Part shown: positions 1-7,889 of the stretch, in pieces
Position numbering within the stretch: the first letter of the stretch is position 1
Layout of the letters: each line of letters starts with the position of its first letter
IMG/VR virus record: IMGVR_UViG_3300028410_000001
Reading direction: 5' to 3' (one strand)
DNA: 40,229 nt
Origin: a virus
The notes under the pieces: model-generated
The model's input: the letters and a program-made list of their open reading frames with translations, nothing else
Databases searched by the model: none
Told to the model about the DNA's origin: nothing
Translations under genes and position numbers: made by a program

Positions 1-127
1 ACACATCCCAGGACGAATTAGACAATTAAAAAAAGATCAAAATGGATAACAAATGCGGCGTGTGCATGGAGCCTACGCAAAATGAGGGCCTTTGTGCTCT
101 TTGCCAAATAGCTAAGCGTCGTACATG
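1..127. repeat. Terminal direct repeat, copy 1 (identical to 40103-40229)
   Basis: acacatcccaggacgaattagacaatt... through ...gctaagcgtcgtacatg is repeated verbatim at the window end. Confidence 0.95.
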
Positions 128-287
128 CGACATGATAAAGAAACATCGCCTTGTTTTTTCAGAGGATGACATAAAAAGTATTGCTCAGGCTGTTGAGCAT
201 CACGCTGGCTCGCTTGCCAGAGCAAAAATTTCGCATTCTAAGTTCCGCGAACTAGTGCGAAACGCTCTCTTGATTTATGGCAGATAA
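42..287 (+). CDS. Small hypothetical protein with an N-terminal CxxC...CxxC zinc-ribbon-like motif
   Basis: 81-aa ORF; MDNKCGVCMEPTQNEGLCALCQ has four Cys in two CxxC pairs. Confidence 0.5.
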   Translation: MDNKCGVCMEPTQNEGLCALCQIAKRRTCDMIKKHRLVFSEDDIKSIAQAVEHHAGSLARAKISHSKFRELVRNALLIYGR

Positions 288-405
288 TGACCAAGCAGCC
301 ACGCAGGGCCGCGTTAGCTGGCCTTGTCGTGGACTGCGTTATTATGCGTTGCTTTTTATTTTAGTCTTATCTTGAATAACACCTGTGTATATGAAATAAG
401 GGTTG

Positions 406-413
406 TATATTTG
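406..413 (+). promoter_or_regulatory. Bacteroidota-type -7 promoter box TAtaTTTG
   Basis: TATATTTG matches the TAnnTTTG consensus and ends 18 nt upstream of ATG 432. Confidence 0.35.
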
Positions 414-431
414 TACTATCGAAGGTTGGCA

Positions 432-830
432 ATGTTGCTGACAACGCTAAAACAAAAGACCATGCCAATGTTTGCCTACCGCGCCCCAACATGTTCCTCC
501 ACTCTTCGCGCCCAAATCAACCTGGACAAGATGACGCGCCAAACTTTGCCAGTTGGTGCTATTGGCGAATCAAACGGCTCAAATTACGGTTACGACGGCG
601 AATCGTACTATGTGGAGATTGGGCATTTTGGGCACTCTGCTTTCGGCAAAATGAAGATGACGATGGAACAAGCTAAAGCGGCTTACGACGCGATCTTGTT
701 CTTTGATATTGACCCATTGAATTGGGACTGGATCGGCGCAAAATCCGTTCTACTGGCAGCTAGAAAATCCAAGCTGAAAGGCGATGCGCTTATGTTTCTA
801 TTTGGCGAAAAACTAACAGCAAATGAGTAA
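432..830 (+). CDS. Hypothetical early protein
   Basis: ATG 432 is in frame inside track ORF 324-830 and lies downstream of the -7 box. The upstream extension reads like a hydrophobic artefact. Confidence 0.5.
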   Translation: MLLTTLKQKTMPMFAYRAPTCSSTLRAQINLDKMTRQTLPVGAIGESNGSNYGYDGESYYVEIGHFGHSAFGKMKMTMEQAKAAYDAILFFDIDPLNWDWIGAKSVLLAARKSKLKGDALMFLFGEKLTANE

Positions 831-1014
831 AAAGAACCCCACCCACGGCGGGCAGCGCAAAGGTGCTGGCCGCCCACCAAAAGACGGACCAAAGAAATAC
901 TACTCATTGTATCTAAAAACTAACCACATGGATTTAGTGCCAGACGAAAAAAGTAAGTTCGTAAGCGATGCGATAAAAGCTAAACTGATGGCAGACGGGC
1001 TTTTGTCTGAGTAA
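823..1014 (+). CDS. Small basic protein, possible DNA-binding (GAGRPPK AT-hook-like N-terminus)
   Basis: 63-aa ORF. Its ATG overlaps the stop of the upstream gene. N-terminus is GGQRKGAGRPPKDGPKK. Confidence 0.45.
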   Translation: MSKKNPTHGGQRKGAGRPPKDGPKKYYSLYLKTNHMDLVPDEKSKFVSDAIKAKLMADGLLSE

Positions 1015-1080
1015 CGCATAATGTGACGCTACCTGTCAGCCGGTTTAGCTTAGTTAAAAAAACGCGTTTAACTTTACAAC

Positions 1081-1533
1081 ATGGAATTTTTAAATAAATT
1101 AGATGATCTAATCATCGAATTCGTGCAGGGATCACCTGCTCAGCTTCAGGAGATGTATTATACGGGCCCTGCGAAACTTATTTTTCTTGTGCCAGTATGG
1201 ATGCTCAAATGTATTGAGGTCGAAGGGCAGCGATTCTCAATAGAAACTGAGATCATTGTCAGAGGGGTACGCCTATTACCCAATCATGAAGACAGCTTGG
1301 TATTGTATCACCCTGAATATGGCATCTACAAGGACAAGCGATACATACGCAAAGTAACATTGCTAGAAGGGTATATTCCGACAGAGGTTCCGAATGTAAA
1401 GCTAATTGATCATCGATCCGAACCCCGTAAATACCCTAAGCTAAAATATGATAGGAAGTTGAATGACCTGATTAATTCGTTATTGAAATTGGCTTTGCCT
1501 GAGAACCCTTTGGACAGCTCATTTCTACCTTAA
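1081..1533 (+). CDS. Hypothetical early protein
   Basis: 150-aa ORF with no competing ORF. Confidence 0.55.
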   Translation: MEFLNKLDDLIIEFVQGSPAQLQEMYYTGPAKLIFLVPVWMLKCIEVEGQRFSIETEIIVRGVRLLPNHEDSLVLYHPEYGIYKDKRYIRKVTLLEGYIPTEVPNVKLIDHRSEPRKYPKLKYDRKLNDLINSLLKLALPENPLDSSFLP

Positions 1534-1556
1534 CCAGCGGGCGACCGCACAAAACC
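1534..1556 (+). promoter_or_regulatory. Early-region repeat motif, copy 1: CCAGCGGGCGACCGCACAAAACC
   Basis: Begins right after stop codon 1531-1533 and ends 7 nt before ATG 1564. Contains GCGG-GCGA-CCGC, a 4-bp stem with a GNRA-type loop. Confidence 0.6.
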
Positions 1557-1563
1557 TAAAGAG

Positions 1564-1773
1564 ATGAAAAAGAGTATTGTTACAGATCGGACAGCAGTAG
1601 CATTTCAACCCGGAAACAGATTCTGTTTTCCAGACGATGAAACGGAGTATGAATTTTGGGGTATTGAGTACCACGACAAAGTTCCGCGTGTTACTTACTA
1701 CGACTCAGATAAGAAAAGAAAAAGGAAAGGGTTTCATCTTTTCGATTTGATTAGGCCAAGACGAAATGGATAG
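1564..1773 (+). CDS. Hypothetical early protein
   Basis: 69-aa ORF preceded by the early motif. Confidence 0.5.
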   Translation: MKKSIVTDRTAVAFQPGNRFCFPDDETEYEFWGIEYHDKVPRVTYYDSDKKRKRKGFHLFDLIRPRRNG

Positions 1774-1815
1774 CACTATCCTTGCGCGTTTTTTGTTTCT
1801 TTGTACCTTAGCGAC

Positions 1816-2091
1816 ATGGAAAGACTAAAGGCAGCAGAGGGATACATTGATAAATGCAAGGATCAGTACCGAAGATTTCTGAACGAAGAAATTGAGCGCG
1901 GCAACGAGGAAGGCATAAAAGCTATGAAGTTGCAATATTATCGATATCACAGACTTCGCGAAGCGATTCGTAATGACTCTGTTCTTGCGGAAAAACTGAT
2001 CTACGAGGCTACTTACAAGAACAGTATTAGCACGTCTAGTATTGGACCTTGCTGGGAAAGGTATTTGCTCGAATGCTATGAGGAAAGGTAA
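1816..2091 (+). CDS. Hypothetical early protein (charged, helical)
   Basis: ATG 1816 (MERLKAAEGY...) is in frame with the track ORF that starts at TTG 1801. Confidence 0.5.
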   Translation: MERLKAAEGYIDKCKDQYRRFLNEEIERGNEEGIKAMKLQYYRYHRLREAIRNDSVLAEKLIYEATYKNSISTSSIGPCWERYLLECYEER

Positions 2092-2149
2092 CGTTTTACT
2101 TTTGAGCGATAATGCCCAAACAACCCAGCCGCACAAACAAAAAAGAACT

Positions 2150-2359
2150 ATGATCGCTATTTTTTGCCGATATTATGACGACTTCAACGAACTGGAATTG
2201 TACCCGAAAAACATGTTCGTTCGCATAAAAAGCGTCCAAGACATGCGAGGTGTAAATTTTACTGGCGTAATACAATTTAAAGGTTGGTACGGAGCAGACT
2301 CAGCCATTATAGACGCCTTTTACGATCTTAAAGATCGTCAGCCTGAGCTGTTTCTATAA
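2150..2359 (+). CDS. Hypothetical early protein
   Basis: ATG 2150 (MIAIFCRYYDDF...) lies within track ORF 2042-2359. An earlier in-frame ATG at 2078 is also possible. Confidence 0.45.
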   Translation: MIAIFCRYYDDFNELELYPKNMFVRIKSVQDMRGVNFTGVIQFKGWYGADSAIIDAFYDLKDRQPELFL

Positions 2360-2381
2360 CCGCATAAAGCAAAAAAACAAC

Positions 2382-2402
2382 GAGCGGGCGACCGCACAAA
2401 CC
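2382..2402 (+). promoter_or_regulatory. Early-region repeat motif, copy 2: GAGCGGGCGACCGCACAAACC
   Basis: Ends 8 nt before ATG 2411. Confidence 0.6.
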
Positions 2403-2410
2403 ACAAAAAA

Positions 2411-2674
2411 ATGAAACCTTTCCTCTTCAATCAAATTTGCGCCAGGCAATGGCAGCTAGCAGGATGCCAAGCGATGCGCGACCACAGAACAGAAACAGTC
2501 GCAACCCTCCTTCATTGCAGCAGGTACAATAGTGATACAAGCGTAAGGCTGTTGCTGATCGAAACAGCGACCGGAATTGCGCACACCGACTTGCACGGGC
2601 GAAGCCTGTTGGGGTTCGGGCAGACGGACGCGAAGGTTTTTGTTCAGTTTATGTTTCTAACTATATTCTTTTAG
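2411..2674 (+). CDS. Hypothetical protein
   Basis: 87-aa ORF bracketed exactly by motif copies 2 and 3. The composition is not strongly protein-like. Confidence 0.35.
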   Translation: MKPFLFNQICARQWQLAGCQAMRDHRTETVATLLHCSRYNSDTSVRLLLIETATGIAHTDLHGRSLLGFGQTDAKVFVQFMFLTIFF

Positions 2675-2696
2675 CCAGCGGGCAACCGCACAAACC
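2675..2696 (+). promoter_or_regulatory. Early-region repeat motif, copy 3: CCAGCGGGCAACCGCACAAACC
   Basis: Starts directly after the stop codon that ends at 2674 and ends 8 nt before ATG 2705. The loop variant GCAA is still GNRA. Confidence 0.6.
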
Positions 2697-2704
2697 AAAC
2701 CAAT

Positions 2705-3055
2705 ATGCTGGATCAAAAAGAACTGTACAACCACATGGAGGAACAGCACGGCCTGATCCTCGGCCAAGACGAAATGGATAGCATCATCCACCTCGTCATT
2801 CAGGGACTGAGGGAGGAACACCCTGAATACTTCCCCGCGCCATCGATCACGGAAAAACCTACCTCCTCAACAAGCCTCTTCGATGAGCTGGAGGTGGGGG
2901 ACTGGGTTAGAACCAGGCCCTATATCGGTGGCGACTGGAATCTGAGCAGAGTCTTGTTAAAATCTGATGACGACATTCTCTTGATATCCATGAGTGGCCA
3001 AGAAGAGATTAACAGAGAAGAGATCGACGAAGGCGACTATTTCCGATCCCTCTAA
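2705..3055 (+). CDS. Hypothetical acidic protein
   Basis: 116-aa ORF followed by a strong terminator hairpin. Confidence 0.55.
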   Translation: MLDQKELYNHMEEQHGLILGQDEMDSIIHLVIQGLREEHPEYFPAPSITEKPTSSTSLFDELEVGDWVRTRPYIGGDWNLSRVLLKSDDDILLISMSGQEEINREEIDEGDYFRSL

Positions 3056-3073
3056 ACCACCACCGCTCCCTAA

Positions 3074-3110
3074 GCCCTGCCAGCCACTCGCGCTGGCAGG
3101 GCTTCCTTTT
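3074..3110 (+). terminator. Rho-independent terminator
   Basis: 10-bp perfect stem gccctgccag / ctggcagggc, 9-nt loop, then ttcctttt. Confidence 0.7.
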
Positions 3111-3170
3111 CTGCATCAACGTCCTTCTACCGCCAGGCGCAGGGTGGCCACCTTGCAGAAAAATATAAAC

Positions 3171-3599
3171 GTGCGCAAAATCCTACTCCTGAACCTTTCC
3201 CGAATCTTCGATTCCCCTTTCTGGCAGGGTGCGCTTTCGATCATGACCGGGTGGGTGCTCTCATTCCTCGCTCCGCTCTGGCCGTTCCTGGTGTTGATGT
3301 TTGCGTTGGTGCTGGCGGACCTGTATTCTGGTGTGAAGGCAGCACGACGGCGCAAGGAAATAATTACGTCGAAGGGGTTTCGCAGAACTGTGGAAAAGAT
3401 CACGATGTACACCCTGGCCATCATGCTGGCGCATGGCATGAGCGTGGTCTTTCTCCCATCTTTCGATCTGGCTTGGCTGCCTGCTTTCGCCATTTGTGTG
3501 GCCGAGATCAAAAGTAACTTCGAGAACATCTACAGCATCACGGGCGTCGACGTGGGCGAAGAGGTGATGGAACTCCTGAAGAAAAAAATAAGGAAGTAA
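3171..3599 (+). CDS. Holin (phage_holin_4 / LL-H-like family)
   Basis: Multiple hydrophobic segments. LVLADLYSGVKAARRRKEIITSKGFRRTVEKITMYTLAIMLAH resembles the D-x-x-(S/T)-G ... S-K-G ... K signature of that family. Start is GTG 3171 or ATG 3243; the track start at 2994 crosses the terminator. Confidence 0.55.
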   Translation: MRKILLLNLSRIFDSPFWQGALSIMTGWVLSFLAPLWPFLVLMFALVLADLYSGVKAARRRKEIITSKGFRRTVEKITMYTLAIMLAHGMSVVFLPSFDLAWLPAFAICVAEIKSNFENIYSITGVDVGEEVMELLKKKIRK

Positions 3600-4198
3600 T
3601 GGATGCGCTGACCCAGTACATTACCACGACAGCAGAGACATGGACGATTGAGTTCGTCCAGGATAGCATCTCGAAGCTGCGCGCGCGAAAGTCAGAAGTG
3701 ACAGGCGATCTGGTGCGTAGCCTGATCGGTGCCGTACTGCCAGCAGCAGGGGAGGCTGCGGCAACCATCGCCATCCAGTTCGACAGCTCCGGCCGATTCA
3801 TCGACATGAGACGCATGAAACCGCCCGCTGGGGGACGCGAATACGTCGAGGAAATAATGATCTGGCTGGAGCGCAAGGGACTGGCAGAGAAGTTTATCCA
3901 GGGTTACCTGGAATCGAGGAAACTAATTAAGCGGCCAGAAGATGTTCTCCGCTACGTCGCTTTCGGCATCGTGAAGAAAAGGGCGAAAGGCAAGTACCGC
4001 CGAAAAGCGTGGTACAATAAATCGAAAGAGGCGCGCATTCGGGGCGTCGGTGGCCTGTACAATAGCATCGCGGCAAATATGCCCGACGAGGTGGCGCAGA
4101 TGTTGAGGGCTGGCCTAAGCACGGGGCTGGAAGATCGGGAATACAGTAGCAGCATCCGCGCCCTGCGTGGCTATGCGAAAGGGCGGGGGCGAACCTGA
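3599..4198 (+). CDS. Hypothetical virion-associated protein (possibly HK97 gp10-like tail/neck completion)
   Basis: 199-aa ORF coupled to the holin by a TAATG overlap and lying just upstream of the tape measure. The VTGDLVRSL stretch is reminiscent of gp10-family proteins; this is weak evidence. Confidence 0.5.
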   Translation: MDALTQYITTTAETWTIEFVQDSISKLRARKSEVTGDLVRSLIGAVLPAAGEAAATIAIQFDSSGRFIDMRRMKPPAGGREYVEEIMIWLERKGLAEKFIQGYLESRKLIKRPEDVLRYVAFGIVKKRAKGKYRRKAWYNKSKEARIRGVGGLYNSIAANMPDEVAQMLRAGLSTGLEDREYSSSIRALRGYAKGRGRT

Positions 4199-4213
4199 TC
4201 ACCTTGCTTTTTA

Positions 4214-4244
4214 ACGTCCTTCCTATTGCACCTGCGGCCGCGCC
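4214..4244 (+). promoter_or_regulatory. Late-block repeat motif, copy A: ACGTCCTTCCTATTGCACCTGCGGCCGCGCC
   Basis: Core TGCACCTGCGGCCGCGCC at 4227-4244, with 11 nt between it and ATG 4256. Confidence 0.6.
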
Positions 4245-4255
4245 ACCTTAGCTTC

Positions 4256-7249
4256 ATGGCGCTAACTACCGACAAGTATCAGCTAGAAGTTTCCTTCATT
4301 ACCGACCAGAGCCGCGCCCTGGCCAAAACCCTGATGGAGACGGAAAAGCTACCCAATGAGCTAAAAAAAGCACAGAAGGAAGGCAAGGGCGTCGCGGAGG
4401 TGATGGCCCGCATCGAGGCAGCAGGGAAGAAAGCGGAGGGGATTGACCTGACGAAGGTGTTGCCAGACCAACTTATCTCCAGGGCGCGGCAACTGCGCCG
4501 CATCCTCGACCAACTACCAGCAAGCGCACCCCAAGTGGCTGCGCTGGAAAAAGAATATAAGGCGATAAACGACCAGCTGGCGACGACGCGATCGCGCACG
4601 CGAGGGGTAGTGGCCGCAATGAATAAGGAAGATGGGGGCGGCTTGCTCGGCTTTTTCAAGCGTGGTCAGGTGGCCATCGTGGGCTTTGTCGCGGCCTTTA
4701 GCGGGGCGTTCGCGGTGCTCTCCCGGATTGCCACCACCTCCGCATTATTTCAGAAGTTCGAGGCGGTGCTGACCAACTCCCTGGGCAGCAAAAGCGCAGC
4801 CCAGTCTGCCCTCAACGACCTGCAGGATTTCGCAGCGAGGACCCCTTTTCAGGTGGAGGAACTAATAGGAAGCTACGTTAAGCTGGTCAATCGTGGCCTG
4901 AAACCCACGCAGCTAGAACTTACGAAGCTTGGCGACATCGCAGCCAGCCAGGGAAAAGGGTTCGACCAGCTGACTGAGGCTGTGCTCGACGCAACGACGG
5001 GCGAGTTTGAACGCCTGAAAGAATTCGGCATAAAAGGAAAGAAGGCGGGCGATGATATTGCCATCTCCTTTAAGGGCCAGACGGTGGAAATCAAGAATAC
5101 CCAGGAGGCTATCCTGCAAGCCATTGTTGGCTTTGGTGATTTGGAGGGCGTACAGGGGAGCACCGCCGCCATCAGCGCGACCCTCGGCGGGAAGATTAGC
5201 AACCTGACCGACCAGTTTACGCGCCTGCTGAAGAACCTGGGCGAGGGCTTCCTTGGCCGGATCATCGCGGGGGCAGTCGATAAGGTCAGCAAGCTGGTCG
5301 GCATGTTCGTCAATCTGACAGACAATACGAAGACGCTGAGCCAGAGCACGGCATTGCTGCAAGTAGCGTTCAATCAAGAAATAGCCACCCTGGAGCGGGG
5401 CAACATCAGCACAGAGAACCGGGCCAGACTGATCGCGCGAATCAACGATCGATACGGCGACCTGCTGCCGAACATGCTGCAAGAAACAGCGAGCCTGGGA
5501 GAGATCAAGCGAGCGCAGGAACTGGCCAATCGTGCTTTTGAAAAAAAGATAATTCTCCTGGCTGCGGAGGAAGCGTTCGTAGCAGTAAAGGAAAAGCAAA
5601 TTCAAGTCAGCCGCGAAGAGCTTCAGCTCGCCGACGAATTAACTGTCGCCTTTAAAAATGCCAACAGAGTTGCTGAACTTGCAGACATAAACCAGGTACG
5701 AAACCAGAAGTTTGCGGGCAACAACTCTTCAGAAGAAGCTGCTTCGCGCCAACTGAGCGGCGCAAGGGCAGCGGTCAAGGCAAACCAAAAACTTCAGAAA
5801 GAGCTACAAAAGGAATTTGACGAAACGACCAGAGCCGCTTTAAAGCTGGGCCTTGACCTCTTAACGCTTGGCGACCCAAGAGGCTCGGACCGAACAGTGA
5901 CGGACGGACCAGTCGGGCCTGGCAGTGGCGACCCGCTCAAAGAAGCCCTCAAAAGACTCAAAGAAAAATTCGACATCCAAAGCCAGCTCGCGGAACAGCA
6001 ACGCCTTCGTGAGGAGATCAGCGAAAGCGATTACCAGAAACGTGTACTGGAATTGCAGGCAGCGGAATACGTGCTGCAACTCCAGCTATTCAAGAAATTC
6101 AACGCCAACAAAACGCTGGCGGCAGAGGAAACGCGGACGGAATTGTTGCGCGTAGAGAAAGAGCTGAACCGCAGCGCGCCAGCGGCGGTACAGTCCATCG
6201 AAGGCGGTGAGCAAATTACCCGCGTTGATCGGCGCGGGATCAACGCGAGGCTGGACGCCCTGGCCAAGGTAGAAGAGGAGCAAGGGAAGATTACCCAGGA
6301 CGCGCGCAACGCTGACCTCATCAATGAAGACCAGTTTGCAGTTGCCAAGCTGGCCCTCAAACGATTGATTCTCAGTCAGGAAATTGAAATACTAGGGGAA
6401 GGGACCACCGCCGAGATTGCCCTGGCCAGGGAGAAAAAAGACGAGCTGGTGGCCATTGACCAGGAGCTTTTCGATAAGCGCAAAGAGCTATCCCTGCGTG
6501 AGCAGGAGCTACGCGCCGAGCTAGAGCAGCAGAAAACAGCGATTGCCACTGAGGGTCTGAGCACCCTGGAGGATCTGCTGGGCCGCGACGAAGCCGCGCG
6601 AAAGAAGAATGCGGCGGTCATCAAAGCTTTTCAGGCGGGGCAAGTCTTCGTTGCTGGCTTTGCGGAGCAGCAGCAGATAGCAGCAGCTACCGCCGCCCAG
6701 GTCGCTACCGCATCGCTGACCGTGGCCGGTCTGGCCCTGGTGCCAGGCATCATCGCGGCCGGAAAGATTCGCGCCATCTTCGCGGGCGTCCGCACCGCCG
6801 CCAACGTGGCGAAAATCGTATCGACGAAGTTCGAAAGGGGTGGAAAGGTGGGCACTTTTGGCGGCAAAAGCCATCGCGCTGGCGGCACAAAGCTGTATGG
6901 CGATGACGGAACCCTCGTCGAAGTAGAGAAAGGGGAGGACTTTTTCGTGATCAACAAGCGCAGCAGCGACATGCGCCGCCGCCTTAGTAATATGAACGTG
7001 GCAGGGGGCGGCGTTCCTTTCTTCAATAGGGGAGGGGATGTATTCAATGCACCCAACACTACGCCATCGTTGCCCGCCAGCCTGCTGGGCGGCGGGCAGG
7101 CTGACAACGCTGCCCTGCTGGAACGCATCGACCGCCTGACCGCCGTCACCGCCAACATGCAGACAAGCCTGCGCGCCACGGTCTCCCTCACAGAAATCAA
7201 CGATGGCAATGCAGACCTCGCTGAGCTGTTCGATATTTCGTCTGTTTAA
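4256..7249 (+). CDS. Tail tape measure protein
   Basis: 997 aa with long coiled-coil A/E/K/Q/L-rich segments and a hydrophobic segment VAIVGFVAAFSGAFAVL. Contains a tape-measure core-like stretch AARTPFQVEELIGSYVKLVNRGLKPT...GDIAASQGKGFDQLTEAVLDATTGEFERLKEFGIK. ATG 4256 is preferred over TTG 4226, which lies just upstream of and overlaps the motif core. Confidence 0.85.
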   Translation: MALTTDKYQLEVSFITDQSRALAKTLMETEKLPNELKKAQKEGKGVAEVMARIEAAGKKAEGIDLTKVLPDQLISRARQLRRILDQLPASAPQVAALEKEYKAINDQLATTRSRTRGVVAAMNKEDGGGLLGFFKRGQVAIVGFVAAFSGAFAVLSRIATTSALFQKFEAVLTNSLGSKSAAQSALNDLQDFAARTPFQVEELIGSYVKLVNRGLKPTQLELTKLGDIAASQGKGFDQLTEAVLDATTGEFERLKEFGIKGKKAGDDIAISFKGQTVEIKNTQEAILQAIVGFGDLEGVQGSTAAISATLGGKISNLTDQFTRLLKNLGEGFLGRIIAGAVDKVSKLVGMFVNLTDNTKTLSQSTALLQVAFNQEIATLERGNISTENRARLIARINDRYGDLLPNMLQETASLGEIKRAQELANRAFEKKIILLAAEEAFVAVKEKQIQVSREELQLADELTVAFKNANRVAELADINQVRNQKFAGNNSSEEAASRQLSGARAAVKANQKLQKELQKEFDETTRAALKLGLDLLTLGDPRGSDRTVTDGPVGPGSGDPLKEALKRLKEKFDIQSQLAEQQRLREEISESDYQKRVLELQAAEYVLQLQLFKKFNANKTLAAEETRTELLRVEKELNRSAPAAVQSIEGGEQITRVDRRGINARLDALAKVEEEQGKITQDARNADLINEDQFAVAKLALKRLILSQEIEILGEGTTAEIALAREKKDELVAIDQELFDKRKELSLREQELRAELEQQKTAIATEGLSTLEDLLGRDEAARKKNAAVIKAFQAGQVFVAGFAEQQQIAAATAAQVATASLTVAGLALVPGIIAAGKIRAIFAGVRTAANVAKIVSTKFERGGKVGTFGGKSHRAGGTKLYGDDGTLVEVEKGEDFFVINKRSSDMRRRLSNMNVAGGGVPFFNRGGDVFNAPNTTPSLPASLLGGGQADNAALLERIDRLTAVTANMQTSLRATVSLTEINDGNADLAELFDISSV

Positions 7250-7356
7250 TTGCGAAGTAGCAGAAAGGAGTAGCCTTATCGCCGAAAAGGTTCATGGATA
7301 GTCTACCTTTATTTCTCATCCTTGTGACGTTTTTAAACCGCCTATTTAATAATCTC

Positions 7357-7364
7357 TATCTTTG
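7357..7364 (+). promoter_or_regulatory. Bacteroidota-type -7 box TAtcTTTG
   Basis: TATCTTTG matches TAnnTTTG; a T-rich stretch lies 22 nt upstream at 7331-7334. Confidence 0.4.
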
Positions 7365-7369
7365 CCCTT

Positions 7370-7527
7370 GCCTGACAGCATTACTATCATACTCTCTTAT
7401 GCCCATTTCTCAACAGATCGACACGTTGGATGCCCCTCCCCGCAAGGATGGGGGCGAACTCGTAAGGGGGAGTATGCTTGTCAGGCTCATCCAACGTGTT
7501 CTTAATTTCCCTTTATTATGCCTGACA
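7370..7527 (+). promoter_or_regulatory. Structured 5-prime leader with interleaved inverted repeats, ahead of ORF 7518
   Basis: Arms are gcctgacagcat (7370-7381), acacgttggatg (7421-7432), atgcttgtcaggc (7464-7476) and catccaacgtgt (7478-7489). gcctgaca recurs at 7520-7527, overlapping the ATG. Confidence 0.5.
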
Positions 7528-7736
7528 ACAACCACACTCCATTACAGACGCTACTTCGTAGCCTCGCCCGCGTTGCCATCGACGAAGATTTCCAGACGGA
7601 AACCCGGCGCATTGCACTTTCCACGCTTCACCGATACCTCTCTGAGGTATTGTTAATTCCCAAGGAATTAAGTGATGACCCTTACCTTGACCGACTCGAT
7701 AAGATTATTGAGGAAAAGAAGCGGGCGGTAAGTTGA
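7518..7736 (+). CDS. Hypothetical small protein
   Basis: 72-aa ORF with a strong terminator just downstream. Confidence 0.45.
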   Translation: MPDNNHTPLQTLLRSLARVAIDEDFQTETRRIALSTLHRYLSEVLLIPKELSDDPYLDRLDKIIEEKKRAVS

Positions 7737-7754
7737 ATTACGATGCCCGAATTA

Positions 7755-7790
7755 AGCCCCGCCACGATCAACCGTGGCGGGGCTTTTCTT
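7755..7790 (+). terminator. Rho-independent terminator
   Basis: 12-bp perfect stem agccccgccacg / cgtggcggggct, 6-nt loop, then ttttctttg. Confidence 0.8.
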
Positions 7791-7799
7791 TGCCCATTA

Positions 7800-7830
7800 A
7801 CGTCCTTCCCTTGCACCTGCGGCCGCGCCC
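7800..7830 (+). promoter_or_regulatory. Late-block repeat motif, copy B: ACGTCCTTCCCTTGCACCTGCGGCCGCGCCC
   Basis: Core at 7812-7829, immediately after the terminator, with 60 nt between it and ATG 7890. Confidence 0.6.
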
Positions 7831-7889
7831 ATATTGTGGTTCATTACGATTCAATTACCTGAACCGTGTAACCCACAATACCCCCATTC

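Noticed and set aside
2994-3170. Upstream ATG extension of the holin ORF (track start 2994)
   Set aside because: The extension overlaps the end of ORF 2705-3055 and reads straight through the 3074-3110 terminator hairpin. The extension is Pro/Arg-rich and not holin-like.
4279-7209. Multiple minus-strand ORFs (for example 4913-5605 and 6631-7209) inside the tape measure gene
   Set aside because: They are fully nested antisense to a 997-aa ORF with clear tape-measure features, and their compositions are typical of shadow ORFs.
7294-7656. 120-aa plus-strand ORF across the 7250-7517 leader
   Set aside because: It covers the promoter box and the inverted-repeat arms, and its peptide is of low quality. 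ORF 7518-7736 in another frame ends at the terminator and is the better candidate.
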